Source of the DNA: Torpedo marmorata | Taxonomy: Eukaryota | Direction of reading: 5' to 3' | Length of the DNA: 64,000 bases | Assembly (NCBI GenBank): GCA_977017645.1 | Contig: OZ360234.1 | Location: forward strand, 60,884,001-60,948,000 | Shown here: one piece after another, positions 48,085-61,800 of the stretch | How positions within the stretch are numbered: position 1 is the stretch's first letter | How the letters are laid out: every line of letters begins with the position of its first letter | Made by a program: the position numbers and the translations under genes | The notes under the pieces: model-generated | What the model saw: the letters and a program-made list of their open reading frames with translations, nothing else | Told to the model about the DNA's origin: nothing | Database searches by the model: none

Positions 48085-50010
48085 TATTCATCACTTTGCA
48101 ACTGGATCCTCGATTTCATTATCAGCAGACTCCAAATTGTGCAGATCGGCAACATCTCACCCTCCACACTGACCATCAGGTCAGGGCCACCTCAAAGCTG
48201 CATGCTTCGGATCTTGGTCTATCCCCTCCACATTCACAATTGCGTTGACAAGTTCGGCTCCAACACAATCTATAAATATACTGATAACACCGCTGTTGTT
48301 GGATGAATAACGGGAAATGATGAGTTGGAATACAGGATGGAGATCGAGAATCTGGTTGTGCCAGAACAACAATTTTGCTCTGAACATCACCAAAACTAAT
48401 GAGTTAATTGTGACCTTTAGGAAGGAAAGGCCAAGGGATCACGCACCTTATTGACAAGTGTTACGTCGCAGACCAGCAGCAATAGAAATTCACCAAGAGA
48501 CTGTTATTGTTTTACTTTTAAAACAATATATTAACAACGACTAATAATATAACATCTTAATTAAATTTACCCCAACTATGCGTGAATATACGTGTGTGTG
48601 TTATCCAAACCATTACAGCTTAGGCACGATTCTGGGAAGTCAATCCAAAGTTCCAGTCTTAGAAATCCTGTGTTGAAACTCAGACTTTTATACTGATGCC
48701 CAGAAGTAATCAAGAAGGAGGTGGGAGAGAATCCTTGTCGAGTTTCTTCCTGAGAAATATCCTTTTGGACGAACGGTTGTCACAATTCCCCTTTTCCTTT
48801 CGTAGGGGAAACGAAATGCGTGACTTCCACAATGCTTCCAAAACCCAGGCACGGGTCAGTCGAAATGAGCATCACCTTTGGTCACAATCCGATGCAGCAA
48901 TTCTTCTACTTTCAAAACCCAGATACGTGTCAAGCAAAGTGACCTTTCCTTTGGTCACGGTGGTTCAATAATTCCCCTGACAGGGAGAATCAGCCGAAGT
49001 GTCCATTTCACTCAGAGTCACTCCACCTCCGTGTTCTTCAGATGGCTGGTGGTCAATAATGAATGCTGTTCCCTTAAGTATCCCACTCACATGACTCTCT
49101 CACCACCTGTGTTCCTGAATAAACAACCATTGTTCTTTCTCTTCCTTCAGAGTATCACTTTGGGTATAATCTGTACTTGATGGTGCCATCCAGCCTCTCC
49201 ACAACTGTGAATGGTTGCAGCCTGTACTAACCCTTAAAGTGACAGTCACACTAAATGAAACAGGAGCTCGTAATACAAGAGAGATGAGGCTCTTGGGAGT
49301 CCACATATCGGAGGACCTCTTCTGGAGCCAACACATTAAAGCAGCTGTGAAGAAGGCACACCAACACTTCTACTTTCTAAGAAGTCTGAGGAGATTTGGC
49401 CTGTCATTAAATACTCCATCAAACCTCTACAGGTGTACTGACTGGTTGCATCACAACCTGGTTTGGAAACTTGAGTGCCCAGGTATGCAGAAGACAACAG
49501 AAATTGGCAAACCTAGCTGCCATCACAGGCACCGACCTCCCATCCATTGATGACATCTACGTGAGACGCTGCCTCAAGAAGGCAAAAAACATCATAAAGT
49601 GCCCCTATCACCCTGGTTACCACCTCTTCTCATTTCTACCTTTAGGCAGAAGATACAGAAGCCTGAAGTCCAGCACCCTCAAGATTCAACAGTTTATATC
49701 CAACAGCTCTCAGGGTCTTAAACCTCCCCATACTATCTTAAACCTCCCCCTAACCATAAGTTAGAGTAGGACCACCAAACGATAATTAGTCTAGGACCAC
49801 CAAAAGATCTGAAACATCACTTTTTTCTTTTGCACTAACTACATTAATTCTATTATCTATTTTTTTCTGTCTAGGCCTGTTGTGGTAATTTAATTTATAC
49901 TATTGTAGTTACTCTATCTTAGGTACCTGTTTGGCTGCAGCAAGTAAGAAATCTGGTGCAGCTGCACATTTCTGTACTTATGTAATGACAATAAACTAAT
50001 TTCATCTAAT
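48085..50010 (+). mobile_element. Old Rex1/Babar LINE relic interrupted by a solo LTR
   Basis: [50 protein letters not shown]; GACAATAAA tail at ~49987. Confidence 0.8.
48459..49275. mobile_element. Solo LTR of a third family
   Basis: TGTTACG...CGTAATA inverted termini (terminal CA mutated); 4-bp TSD CAAG (48455-48458 / 49276-49279); splits the Rex1 relic cleanly. Confidence 0.8.
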
Positions 50011-50442
50011 TTTGTCAAATTCAATTAAACCAATCTTTGTATGATTCTGTGTGCAGAATGGGTAATCTTACCTTTAACATTAATCTGTCCAATTTCAGGA
50101 AATCTTTCTGACAATCTGACTTTAGCACAACACAAGAAGACGAAACCCCATTTCTAGATATTATTTCTTTCTTTCAATATTTAGTTCCTCTGTTCAGTAA
50201 ATATTGGATTAACTGAAATTTAGGCTGTACGAAAGGTTTCATAGAATCATAGTGAGATAAGGCATGGAAACAATCTCTTTTTCCCATTCACGCTAATATG
50301 ATATAAAGCTCATGTTTTTTTAAAAATTTATTTTTAATTTAGACATACGAGTCCACGCCACCCACATTATTCTCCCCACATTCTCTTCAATCCTACTCCC
50401 ACAGATTCTACCATTCATCTACATCCCAAGCACAATTACAGT

Positions 50443-50880
50443 AACAAATTGTCTACCAGCCCATACTATATGTCTTTGGAATATGGGAATAAATCACATC
50501 CCATGTTTATTATGGAGAACGTTACATCCTCCTGCACTTACTTTCTGAAAGAGCGGTGCTATCTTATGAGCTCTCAGCTGCACTGAGTTAATGAGAGGTC
50601 TATGGGTGGGTAAAGGAAAACCAATCCCAATACAGTAAAACCCATGTAATCCAGAGTTAAAGCAACCGGCAGCCTCAAGCTACCAGCAAAAAAAAAATCG
50701 AGGAAAATAAATTTAAAAAATTTAAAATAAATCAGAATAAAATAATAGGTAAAAAATACATAAGTTTAAAATTGTAAAAGTAAATGTTCTCTGAAGTAAC
50801 ACATAAACCTTTGGTGAAGATGGGTGCAAATATTCAGCCAGCGGAGTGCATTGGTCGTGCTTTGCTCATAGCATCTGTTT
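50443..50880 (+). repeat. Left copy of a ~438-bp direct duplication; right copy = 56556-56944 plus 62906-62953
   Basis: Collinear match with about 20 differences by eye. Confidence 0.93.
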
Positions 50881-53800
50881 TTTTTCTTTCTAAATATTTT
50901 TATTGAACTTTGAATTTTACATAAGTAAACAGATATATTCAGAAAATTTGTAAAATACACAACTGAGATGTCAAATATAAAGAAATCAACAGAGTTATCT
51001 AATTTATAAAGTACATCTATTAAGTAACAAAACATCTTACAATTTTATCCTGAATGTTATATTTTTATTTTCTCCCCCATCTCTTGAGCCCATTACCAAG
51101 TCGAAGTTATATAATTAAAGTATGCCTTGTACCTGGAGTTATATAATAAAATGTTGGAAGACAGGTTTTATAATAAAACTAGAGGTTCTGAAAGTAGCTC
51201 AGGAAAGGTCCCCATAGGTTTTGAAACCTTATGTCTGAGTCACTAACAGAATAACAAATCTTTTCTAGATTTAAACAGGACATAATATCCCTCAACCACT
51301 GAGCATGAGTGGGCGGGGCAGCATCCCTGCATTTTAGTAATATCGCACGTCTGGCCAAAAGAGAAGCAAAAGACAGAACCTGAGATTTAATTGGAGTCAA
51401 ACGGACGTCATCCTCTCCAGTGATACCAAAGAGGGCAACCAGAGGGTTAGGTTCGAGGTTTAAATTAAGGATTAAGGATAGGGTTTGGAAAACATCCCTC
51501 CAATATTTTTCAAGGCAAGGGCACGTCCAAAACATATGAATGAGAGAGGTCTCATCTCTCTTACATTTATCGCAACAGGAATTTACATCTGGATAAATAT
51601 GAGATAATTTAGCTTTAGATATATGAGCTCTATGCACAACTTTAAATTGCAACAAACAATGATGGGCACAGAGGGATGTGGAGTTAACCAATTTAAGGAT
51701 TAAATCCCAAACCTCATCAGAGAATGAAAGGCTTAAGTCCTGTTCCCATACAGATTTTATTTTATCAAGAGGGGCAGTCCTTAAACCTGCCAGTTTATCA
51801 TAAATCACTGATATTAAACCTTTAAGAGTCGGTTGTAAATTAAAAAACACATCAACAATATTCGTATCAGGTACACCAGGAAAGTTAGGTATCTGAGAGT
51901 GGAGAAAATGTCTGATTTGCAAGTATCTAAAAACATGGGTATTTCGTAAATTAAACTTTTCAGAAAGTTGTTCAAATGATGCAAAGCAATTATCAATGAA
52001 AAGATTTTTTAAAACACTTAATACCCAGTCTATACCATTCTTGAAATGCAGAATCGTGCAAAGAAGGTTGGAAGAAATGATTGGATAGAATAGGGCTTCA
52101 AAGAGAGAAACCATAAAATCCAAAATGTTTTCTGAATTGGGCCATATCCTTACAGTGTGCCTAACAACTGGATTATCAATAGATTTATCTAAGGAAAAAG
52201 GAAGTGAGGATCCAAGAAAAGCTGGAATGGAGAGATTTTTAGCTGTGCGCAGCTCCATTGCTACCCACAATGGACAGTCAAGTCGTTTATGAAAGTGTAT
52301 CCAAAACATAATGTTGCATATATTAGCTGCCCAGTAATAAAATTGGAAATTAGGCAGCACCGTACCTCCATTTCTTTTAGATTTGTGAAGGTGAACTTTA
52401 CTTAACCGAGATCGCTTACTCTTCCATATATAGGACGATATAATAGAGTCTAATGAGTAAAAAAAAGATTTACGAATAAAAGTTGGTATTGTCTGAAAAA
52501 GATATAAAAATTTAGGCAAAATATTCATTTTGATAGAGTTAATGCGGCCCACCAAAGATGTGGACAAGGGTGACCACTGCGTTAAATGCTGTTTCACCTG
52601 TTTTAACAGGGTAAGAAAATTTTCTTTAAAAAGACACATGTTTTCTTGTAACTGTAATACCTAAATAAGTAAATTGTTCTTTCACAACCTTAAAAGGAAA
52701 GTTAGTATACATTGATGCAGTTGTATTCACAGGGAACAGTTCACTTTTATGCAAATTTAGTTTGTACCCTGAAAACTGTCTAAATTGAGTAAGTAACGAC
52801 AACATAGAAGGTCGGGAGGTTTCAGGGCTTGATATAAAAAGCAAAAGATCATCTGCATAAAGGGAAACTTTATGTTTCACTCCCTTCCTCCAAATCCCTA
52901 GGATGTCCTCGCAGCTTCGAAATGCAATTGCTAATGGCTCTATAGCCAAATCAAAAAGTAATGGACTTAGAGGACACACTTGTCAGGTTCCCCGTTGGAG
53001 ATTAAAAGGTTGTGACTGTTGAAAGTTAGTGAGAATTGAAGCAGTAGGGCACAAGTACAGTAATCTTATCAATGCAATAAAACTTGGACCAAAATTAAAT
53101 TTTTCTAACATCGCAAATAAATACCTCCACTCCACACGGTCAAATGCTTTCTCCGCATCTAAAGAAAGGACACAATCAGGAACCACACCTGAGTGTGAGT
53201 ATAAAATTTCAAATAAGCGACGTATATTGAAATAAGAGTATCCATTTTTAATAAAGCCGGTTTGGTCCTCGGATATAATGATGGTAAAATATTCTCCAAT
53301 CTACAGGCCAAAAGTTAGCCAAAATTTTAACATCTTCATTTAATAAAGAAATTTGCCTGTAGGAGGAGCACTCTATAGGACCTTTGCCTTTCTTTGCAAT
53401 AAGAGAAACACCAGCCTCATTAAATGATGCTGGGAGCTTACCTTCCTTAAACGAATCAGACAACACAAAACTTAAATAAGGTGAGAGCAAAGTAGAAAAT
53501 GATTTAAAAAATTCCACAGGAAACCCATCGGGACCCGGTAATATTGCAGATTGCAAAGAGGAGATAGCCGCAGTTATCTCTATTTGTGACATAGATTCAC
53601 CTAATCTCATTTTGTTATCTGGAGAAAGCGTGGGAATATTTAAACAATTTAAAAAATTCTCCATCTAACTATTACCATTCTGAAATTCAGAAGTGTAAAG
53701 TCAGGAGTAAAAATTCCTGAATGTGTCATTAATCTTGGAGTGATCCGAAGTAACATTACCATCCTCCATTTTAATTTTTGTAATTTGCCGTCTTGTTTCA

Positions 53801-56555
53801 AATCCTCTCAACTGATTAGCTAACAACTTGCCAGATTTATCACCGTGAATATAGAACAGACTCTTATTCTTCAAAAGTTGTATGTGTTGAGAGAAGATCA
53901 AATTTAGCTTGAAGTTCCAATTGCTTTTTATATAATTCTGGATTTCTAACTTAAGCGTATTGATGATCTATTTCTTTAATTTGATTAAATAATTCCAAAC
54001 GTTCTTTATTAGCCCTTCTTTTCATATTCACGGTATTGGAGATAATTTGCACCCTTAGGTAGGCTTTCAATGCATCCCAGACAATCAGACTGGAGGTTTC
54101 TGAAAAAGGCATTTGTACTAAAGAAAAAGGTTATCTGCTTCTCCATAAATTTCACAAAATCACTATCAGACAGTAAAGTCGAATTGAAACGTCAGTGTCT
54201 ATTTATTTTAGGAAGGTCAGGAAGGGTCATAGATAGTACAATAGGGGCATGATCAGATATCAGTATACTCTTGTAGTCACAAGAGCGAGTCAATGGGATT
54301 AATTGATTATCAATAAGAAAATAGTCAATCCTAGAAAAAGTATGATGATCATGTGAAAAGAAAGAATACTCTCTTATATTTGGATAAAGAAAACGCCATA
54401 CGTCAAAAATACCATAATCTGATAGAAAGGATTGAATAAATGAGGTGGACTTACTCACTATTGCAGGGTTAGGAGAAGATCGATCCATCACAGAATCAAA
54501 CCAACAATTGAAATCTCCACCAAGCACAAGAGAGTATGCATCCAGATCAGGGAAAGAAGAAAAAAAAATTTCAAAAAACCCCTCATCATCCACATTAGGG
54601 GCATAAACGTTAGTGAGAACCACCAATTTAGTATACAGTTTCCCTGAGACAATAATGTAACGACCATTAGTATCTGATATTACATTGTGATGAACAAAGG
54701 GAATATTTTGATTAATAAGAATCGAGGCCCCCCTAGCTTTTGCCTGAAAAGTGGAGTGAAAATGCTGCCTCCTCCACCGTGCCATGAGACGCGAAGTATC
54801 AGAGCTACGAATATGTGTTTCTTGTAAAAAAGAAATTGCTGTTTTAAGTTGTTGAAGATGAGAAAGAATTTTCTTTCTCTTAACAGGATGGTTTAATCCT
54901 TTAACATTCCAACTAACAAAATTTTAAAAATTATCTATTGTCGATGATTAGAGAAGTGAGTTGAAAAAAAGACATGTTAACAAAACTCCAGGTGTTGGCC
55001 TTGAAGCAAGAACAGAGCATACAGCAAATATTCAAATAAAAACAACGCACAAGGACAAAGCTCATGTATTCGCCTAACACAATAACAACCTTGAAAAGAC
55101 CCACTCCTACCCACCCATCTTCCCCGCTCCCACCCGAAAACCAGACAGCTGCCCAAGACCCCAGCAGCAAGCTCATTGAACCAAACATTTCTCACCCAAA
55201 AAAAATCTTCCTGTCCCATGTAATAACATATTGGCTCCAATAATGTTATTAAAACAAAACTCTGCACTCCGAAAACAATATATAACTTGAATCGGAATAC
55301 AACCATTTATAAAAAAACAACTACTTTTAGAATTTCTTATACAATTCTAAAAAGTATATTACGAAATAGAAATATAAACTGCTACTAGAAAAACTAAGTA
55401 TAAACTTTCCCCAATGTTTTTCCCACTAAGACTGAATAAATCCCAGAATTTAAAGGAAAAAAAACTCACAAAACAACAGTCCAAATGGGTATATTACCCC
55501 ATAAAGTGTTACCAGAACAGAGAGGACCAGACAGTCCTCGCCACTAAATACTGTATGACAAAAGCTATAAAGCTTCAAAATAGTAATAGTCAAATAGCCT
55601 CAGTCACCAAGAAAATATTTACGAAGGGTGCAAAGTGGAAGGGAGACCATCTATATCATTCCGGGCCTCAACGACTGAACGAAACCACTTTTTGCGTCCA
55701 CTGGTGAGTGTGATACGGAGTTGTGCAGGATACAGCAAGGAGGGCTTAAATCCTCGGTTGTATAATTCTGACATTACTTCTCTCTACTCAGCTCGCTGAT
55801 TCACAACTTCAGGAGTATAATCTTCCACCACTCGGATCTGTTGACCATGATATTCCAGTTTCCCTCTCCGCCGGACCTCACGGATCAGAGTGTCCTTTAT
55901 CTGATAGCAATATAAGCGAATGATAATCGAGCGTGGTCTCTGTCCTGGAGCCAGTTTAGGCACTAAAGAGCGGTGAGCTCAATCGATCTCCGACGGGGAT
56001 GGAAGTGTCTCCTTCCCGAAAACCTCACATAACAAGTCAGATAAAAATTTTGTAGGTTGCCCTCTTTCAGTAGATTCTGCCAAGCCCAAGATATGCAGGT
56101 TCTGTCGTCTGCTCCGGCTCTCCAGATCAACAACTTTAGTCATTAACTTTGAATTACTTTCACATAAACTGGAGCAGACATTTCTAATTCAGTAACACGT
56201 TGGCTTAGGTTTTCAGAAGCGTGCTCCAGAGATAACAAACGCTGGCCGTGCTCCACCACAAACGACCGGATATGATTGATTTTGACCGAACAGGCAAAGA
56301 GAAGCTTTGAAGTCAGCAGTCTGTCGATCCAGTAGGGTAGAAATAGCCTCTATTGTTAGACTAGCAGTCGTTTCTTCTTTTTCTTCTTTTTTCACAGATT
56401 TCCCACTTCTTGAAGTCATTTTGAAGCAAACAAGAGTAAAAGCTGCAAAATATATAACACTTTGGTTGTAAAATAGAAAGGTAAAAAGTGAAAAAGATAG
56501 AGAGTAGACAGAAGCTCCTGATAGTTGCGTCTACACCATATCACAGCTGGCCAGA
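50881..56555 (-). mobile_element. Full-length but degenerate L1-clade LINE
   Basis: ORF1 start 56419 (MTSRSGK; SRRQNL-ILGL motif), APE endonuclease (SWNVKGLN, LQETH, GGDFN, SRIDYF, ISDH), RT (LDAEKAFD, LYADD), CDKC..H..C; many stops and frameshifts; A-rich tail at 50881. Confidence 0.93.
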
Positions 56556-57074
56556 AACAAATTGTCCACCAACCCATACTGTATGTCTTTGGAATATGGG
56601 AATAAATCACATCCCATGTTTATTGTGGAGAACGTTATATCTTCCTGCACTTACTTTCTGAAAGAGCGGTGCTATCTTGTGAGCTCTCAGCTTCACTGAG
56701 TTAATGAGAGGTCTATGGGTGGGTAAAGGACAACCAATCCCAATACAATAAAACCCGTGTTATCCAGAGTTCAAGCAACCGGCAGCCTCAAGCTACCGGC
56801 AAATAAAAATCGAGAAAAATAAATTTTAAAAATTTAAAATAAATCAGAATAAAATAAAAGGTAAAAAATACATAAGTTAAAAATTGTGAAAGTAAATGTT
56901 CTCTGAAGTAACACATAAACCTTTGGTGAAGATGGGTGCAAATAGGGGCGTGGCGTGATGGCGTAGGTTGGAGTCGTGAAATACACTCCTCCCACAGAAT
57001 TAATCAAAAACCGTAATTTAAAACTTCATCTAACTATTCAAAAGTAGTTAAAACTCTTTCTTAAAGAATAAAGA

Positions 57075-58565
57075 ATGACTACAAGAAAAGGTAAAGATCA
57101 GAAGACAAAGAAAGCAGTGTTAAAAGGAAGTCCAACTCTAGTAGAAGATAGGCCTAACTTAGCGATGGAACCTCGGGATGAAGTTCCTCTCCCTCCTCGG
57201 AAGATGCAGACTCGAATGGGTAAGCCTGTAGTGACGCCAGCGCTGTCCTCCCGGGGAGCTGGGGAAGATGGCGCTGGTGCCCGGAAGAAAACGGGACTAC
57301 AGAAAGAACCCGACGCAACGCGCGTGTGCGAAATGACGCGCTCGATTGAAAAACAACGGGAGCTGCCAGCTGAAGCTGACAGCTCAAAAAAATCACCTCG
57401 TTCGATTCAATATATTGTTGGAGAGGAGGGTTCATCATCATCCTCAACGGATTCAGAAGATAAAGGAAAGAAGAAGAAACTGTATGTAGAATCTGAAGGA
57501 GAATTAGAAGACATGGAGGGAGAGGAAAGAAATATAATTGGAGGAGAAGAAGCCTATTTGTTTCAAGGTAAACAAGAAATTTCAACTACTTTTATGCAAG
57601 CATTGAATTATTTAACAGATCAAGTGTCTACAATGAATCAACGTATAGAAAATGGATTTAAAGCTATGGATACTAATTTTACACAATTTAGGGAAGAAAT
57701 AAAAGATATTAAACATAATATGAAAAAGAATTCAACTACTGTGGATAAAGTTGTATTGAAAGTTCAGAAAGTTGAAAATGATGTTAAAGAATGTCGTGAT
57801 GAGGTGGTGGATTGTAAAGATACAGTGGACAAAATGGAAAATTCATTTACAGCCTGGGAATTACAAAAAAATCAACTTTTACAAAAAATAGACACATTGG
57901 AGAATCAAAGTCGTAGAAATAATGTTAAAATTGTGGGACTTCCAGAAGATTTTGAAGGGATGAATCCAACTGATTTTTTTCAAGAATGGATTCCAGCTAC
58001 TTTGGGTATTGAAAATTTTCCTTATGGTCTGGAACTGGATAGAGCTCATAGAGATAATAGAAGGAAACCATATTCTGGTCAAGCGCCACGCTCAGTGTTA
58101 ATTAGATGTCTTCGTTACCAGGATAAAGAGAAAATATTAAGATTGGCAGTTCAAAATGCGAGAGAGAGAAAAGCTCCATTGATGATTAATAAAAACAGAG
58201 TATTTTTTTATGCAGATTTGAGTGCAGTAATAATTAAAAAACGCAAAGAGTTTAATCCAGCTAAAGCAATTTTTTGGAAGAAGGGGTATAAATTTTCTTT
58301 TAGATATCCTGCGATATTGAAAGTTCAGTCTCGAGACAATCAATCAAAGTTTTTCACGGATTATCAAGAAGCTTTGGAATTTGCTAATACGTTGCCAAAT
58401 ATAAAACAAGATCAAGATTTGCCTGGCTACCCTCAAGTCAGTATACCTATTCAAGACTTGTTACACTTGACGGAGAATCTTCAAGTACCTCCACGAAGAG
58501 ATGAATTGGTTGAATTGACCGATGAGCAAGTTAATAGAGATTTGGAAGAAGCTGGACTTGGATGA
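57075..58565 (+). CDS. L1 ORF1p (496 aa): long disordered N-terminus, coiled coil, RRM/CTD
   Basis: LENQSRRNNVKIVGLPE, LELDRAHR, PRSVLIR, FYADLS, RYPAIL motifs of L1 ORF1. Confidence 0.92.
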   Translation: MTTRKGKDQKTKKAVLKGSPTLVEDRPNLAMEPRDEVPLPPRKMQTRMGKPVVTPALSSRGAGEDGAGARKKTGLQKEPDATRVCEMTRSIEKQRELPAEADSSKKSPRSIQYIVGEEGSSSSSTDSEDKGKKKKLYVESEGELEDMEGEERNIIGGEEAYLFQGKQEISTTFMQALNYLTDQVSTMNQRIENGFKAMDTNFTQFREEIKDIKHNMKKNSTTVDKVVLKVQKVENDVKECRDEVVDCKDTVDKMENSFTAWELQKNQLLQKIDTLENQSRRNNVKIVGLPEDFEGMNPTDFFQEWIPATLGIENFPYGLELDRAHRDNRRKPYSGQAPRSVLIRCLRYQDKEKILRLAVQNARERKAPLMINKNRVFFYADLSAVIIKKRKEFNPAKAIFWKKGYKFSFRYPAILKVQSRDNQSKFFTDYQEALEFANTLPNIKQDQDLPGYPQVSIPIQDLLHLTENLQVPPRRDELVELTDEQVNRDLEEAGLG

Positions 58566-58857
58566 AGAATTGACATTAATTTGTTATGTAAATTCTGTTG
58601 GGGGGGGTGGACTTTTTGTCTTCTCCGTACCTAACCACATACCACTTTAGTGGCGAGGGCCACTTCCCGAACAGAAGAGGGGGGGTAATACTGGTGTAAA
58701 TTACCAGTAATTTTATATTGGGTTTTTCTTTTTAGTTTTTTATTATCTTCTTTTTTTTTTCTGTCTTTATCTTTGTTTAAGGAGATGTCAAGTTTATTAC
58801 AAATGTGGAAAGGGGTACCGGCTGGCCTGATGAGGAGAAAATTATTAAATATTAGTA

Positions 58858-61800
58858 ATGGCGGATAGTAAGCTAATAAATGTTGTAAGTATTAATATAA
58901 ATGGGCTAAATAATCCGATTAAACGGAAGAGAACTTTGGCATATATTAAGAAGTTAAAAGTTGATATTGCTTTTTTACAAGAGACGCATTTGACAGAGGC
59001 AGAACACCAGAAATTGAAAAGAGATTGGGTTGGTCAAGTGGTTGCGTCCTCATTTAATTCTAAAGCAAAAGGAGTTGCTATTTTAATTAATAAAAAGCTA
59101 CCTTTTAAGTTACAGTCTGTAGTTTTAGATGTTTCAGGTAGATATGTTTTAATAAATTGTCAGATATATTCAGAAATGTGGACACTTATGAATATATATG
59201 TGCCAAATACGCAAGATGAACAATTTATTCAAGATTCTTTCATGCATTTATCAGAAGCAAATGAGAATATCTTAATCGGTGGAGACTTCAATTGTTGTTT
59301 TGATCCGATACTAGATAAAACATCAAAGTCAATTATTAGAACTAAAACTGCAAAAAAAATTATTTCTTTGATGAAAGATTTAAATTTAATTGATATTTGG
59401 AGGAAGTTGAATCCAAGAGAAAGAGACTACTCTTTTTATTCTTTTAGGCATGATTCTTATTCTAGAATAGATATGTTTTTATTATCATCTCATCTACAAG
59501 ATAGAGTTACTCAAATACAGTATAAAGCAAGAATAATTTCTGATCATTCGCCTTTAATAATGTCATGTATAATTCCTGAAAAGGAGAAAATTGCTTATAG
59601 ATGGAGATTTAATTCTTCCTTATTGAAAAGACCGGATTTTTGTAATTATATAAGAAGAGAAATTCACGAATTTTTACAGATTAATTCTAATTCGGTTGAT
59701 AATAAATTTATTATTTGGGAGACTTTAAAGGCTTATTTAAGAGGTCAAATAATAAGTTATTCAGCAAAGGTTAAAAAAGAATATGTTCAGGAATTAGATA
59801 AATTGGAAAAGGAGATTGAATTTTTGGAGAAAGATTTACAAAAGAAAAGATCAGAGGAGAAAAAAAGGAATTTGATTGGAAAAAAATTGTATTATAATAC
59901 GTTACAAACATATAAAATGGAGAAAGTAATTGAAAGAACTAAGCAAAGATATTATGAATTGGGAGAAAGAGCACATAAAGTATTGGCATGGCAATTAAAG
60001 AAAGAGCAAACTTCTAGAACTATAAATGCTGTTAAAAAGAATTCAAAGAAAATAACGTATAAACATCGGGAAATAAATGATTCTTTTAGGGAATTTTATG
60101 TAAATTTATATAAATCACAAACTGATAAAGATGATTTTAAAATTAATGCATTTTTATCAAAAATTAAGTTACCTAGATTGAATACTCAAAACAAGGAATT
60201 TTTAGATTTACCATTTACGATGAGAGAAGTTAGTGAGGTTCTTAGTTCTTTAACAAATGGAAAGTCTCTGGGTGAAGATGGTTTCCCATCAGAATTTTAT
60301 AAGGAATTTAAAGACGTATTGATACCCCCATATATGGAGGTGTTAAAACAAATAATGGAATCTCGCTCTTTACCGGAAACATTTTCGAATGCAATAATAA
60401 CAGTTATACCCAAAAAAGACAGAGATGTGTTGAAAACAGAATCATATAGACCAATTTCATTGTTAAATGTGGATTATAAGATAATGGCGAAAATATTGGC
60501 AAATAGACTTGCCAAATATTTACCAGATTTAATTCATGAGGATCAAGCAGGTTTCATTAAGAATAGATATTCAAAAGACAATATAGCTAGGTTAATTAGT
60601 TTAATAAATGTGGCGCAAAAGAAAGAGGAATTAGCATTAGTTTTAACATTAGATGCTGAAAAGGCTTTTGATAGACTAGAGTGGAATTATTTATTTAAAG
60701 TATTGGAAAAATTTGGTTTTGGAATTACATTTATTAATTGGATTAAAACTATATATAAGGAACCTTCTGCTAGGGTGGTTACAAATGGACAAATTTCTTC
60801 AAAGTTTTTGTTGACTAGGTCGACACGGCAAGGATGCCCGTTGTCACCTGCATTATTTGTTTTAGCAATTGAACCTTTGGCAGAATTAATTAGACAAGAT
60901 GTTAAGATTGTGGGTATTAAAGTTGGAAGGGAAGAACATAAGATTAGTTTATTTGCAGATGATGTATTGATATATATGATAAAACCTATTACTTCTTTAA
61001 TACAATTGGATGTTTTATTGAAAGAATATGGGGAGATATCTGGTTATAAAATTAATTCTGATAAAAGTGAAATTATGGCGTTAACACAAGGGGATTATAA
61101 TAAATGTAAGGAAATTACACAATTTAAATGGTCAAAAGAAGGAATTAAATATTTAGGTATAAAGATAGATACAAAACTAGTTAACTTATATAAACTAAAT
61201 TATTTACCATTATTTGTGAAAATCAAAAAGGATTTAGAAAGTTGGAAAGATTTACCTATAACTTTAATAGGAAGGGTAAATTGTATTAAAATGAATGTCT
61301 TTCCAAGAATTCAATATCTTTTTCAATCAATTCCTTATGAAATTCCTCAGAAATGTTTTAAAGATTTAAATTTAATTATTAGGAAGTTTTTGTGGAAGGG
61401 TAAATTGGCGAGAGTAGCTATGGAGAAATTAACTTGGAATTATGATTTGGGTGGTTTACAACTTCCTAATTTTCAAAATTATTATAAAGCAGCTCAATTA
61501 GGATTTATTAACGAAATGTTTGATTCAGTAAAATCTTCTGCTTGCAGTCGAATAGAATTAAATAATATAGGAGAAGATTTGAAAGAAGAAGTTATTTATA
61601 AATGGAATTCTAAACAAATATTATTAAGAGGTAAAAATTCTCCTATTTTTAGACATTTGTTAGAAATATGGAATAGATTGGATAAAGAGATAGGAACGAA
61701 AGGTTTAATTTCCCTAAGAATGCCTATATATCAAAATAGACTTATTCCATTTGCTTTTGATAATCAATTATTTAAAATTTGGTTTCAAAAGGGAATTAAG

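Noticed and set aside
50443-56944. LTR retrotransposon with 438-bp LTRs
   Set aside because: The repeats lack TG…CA ends, PBS and PPT, consist of SINE and DNA-transposon relic pieces, and enclose an L1 with a poly(A) tail.
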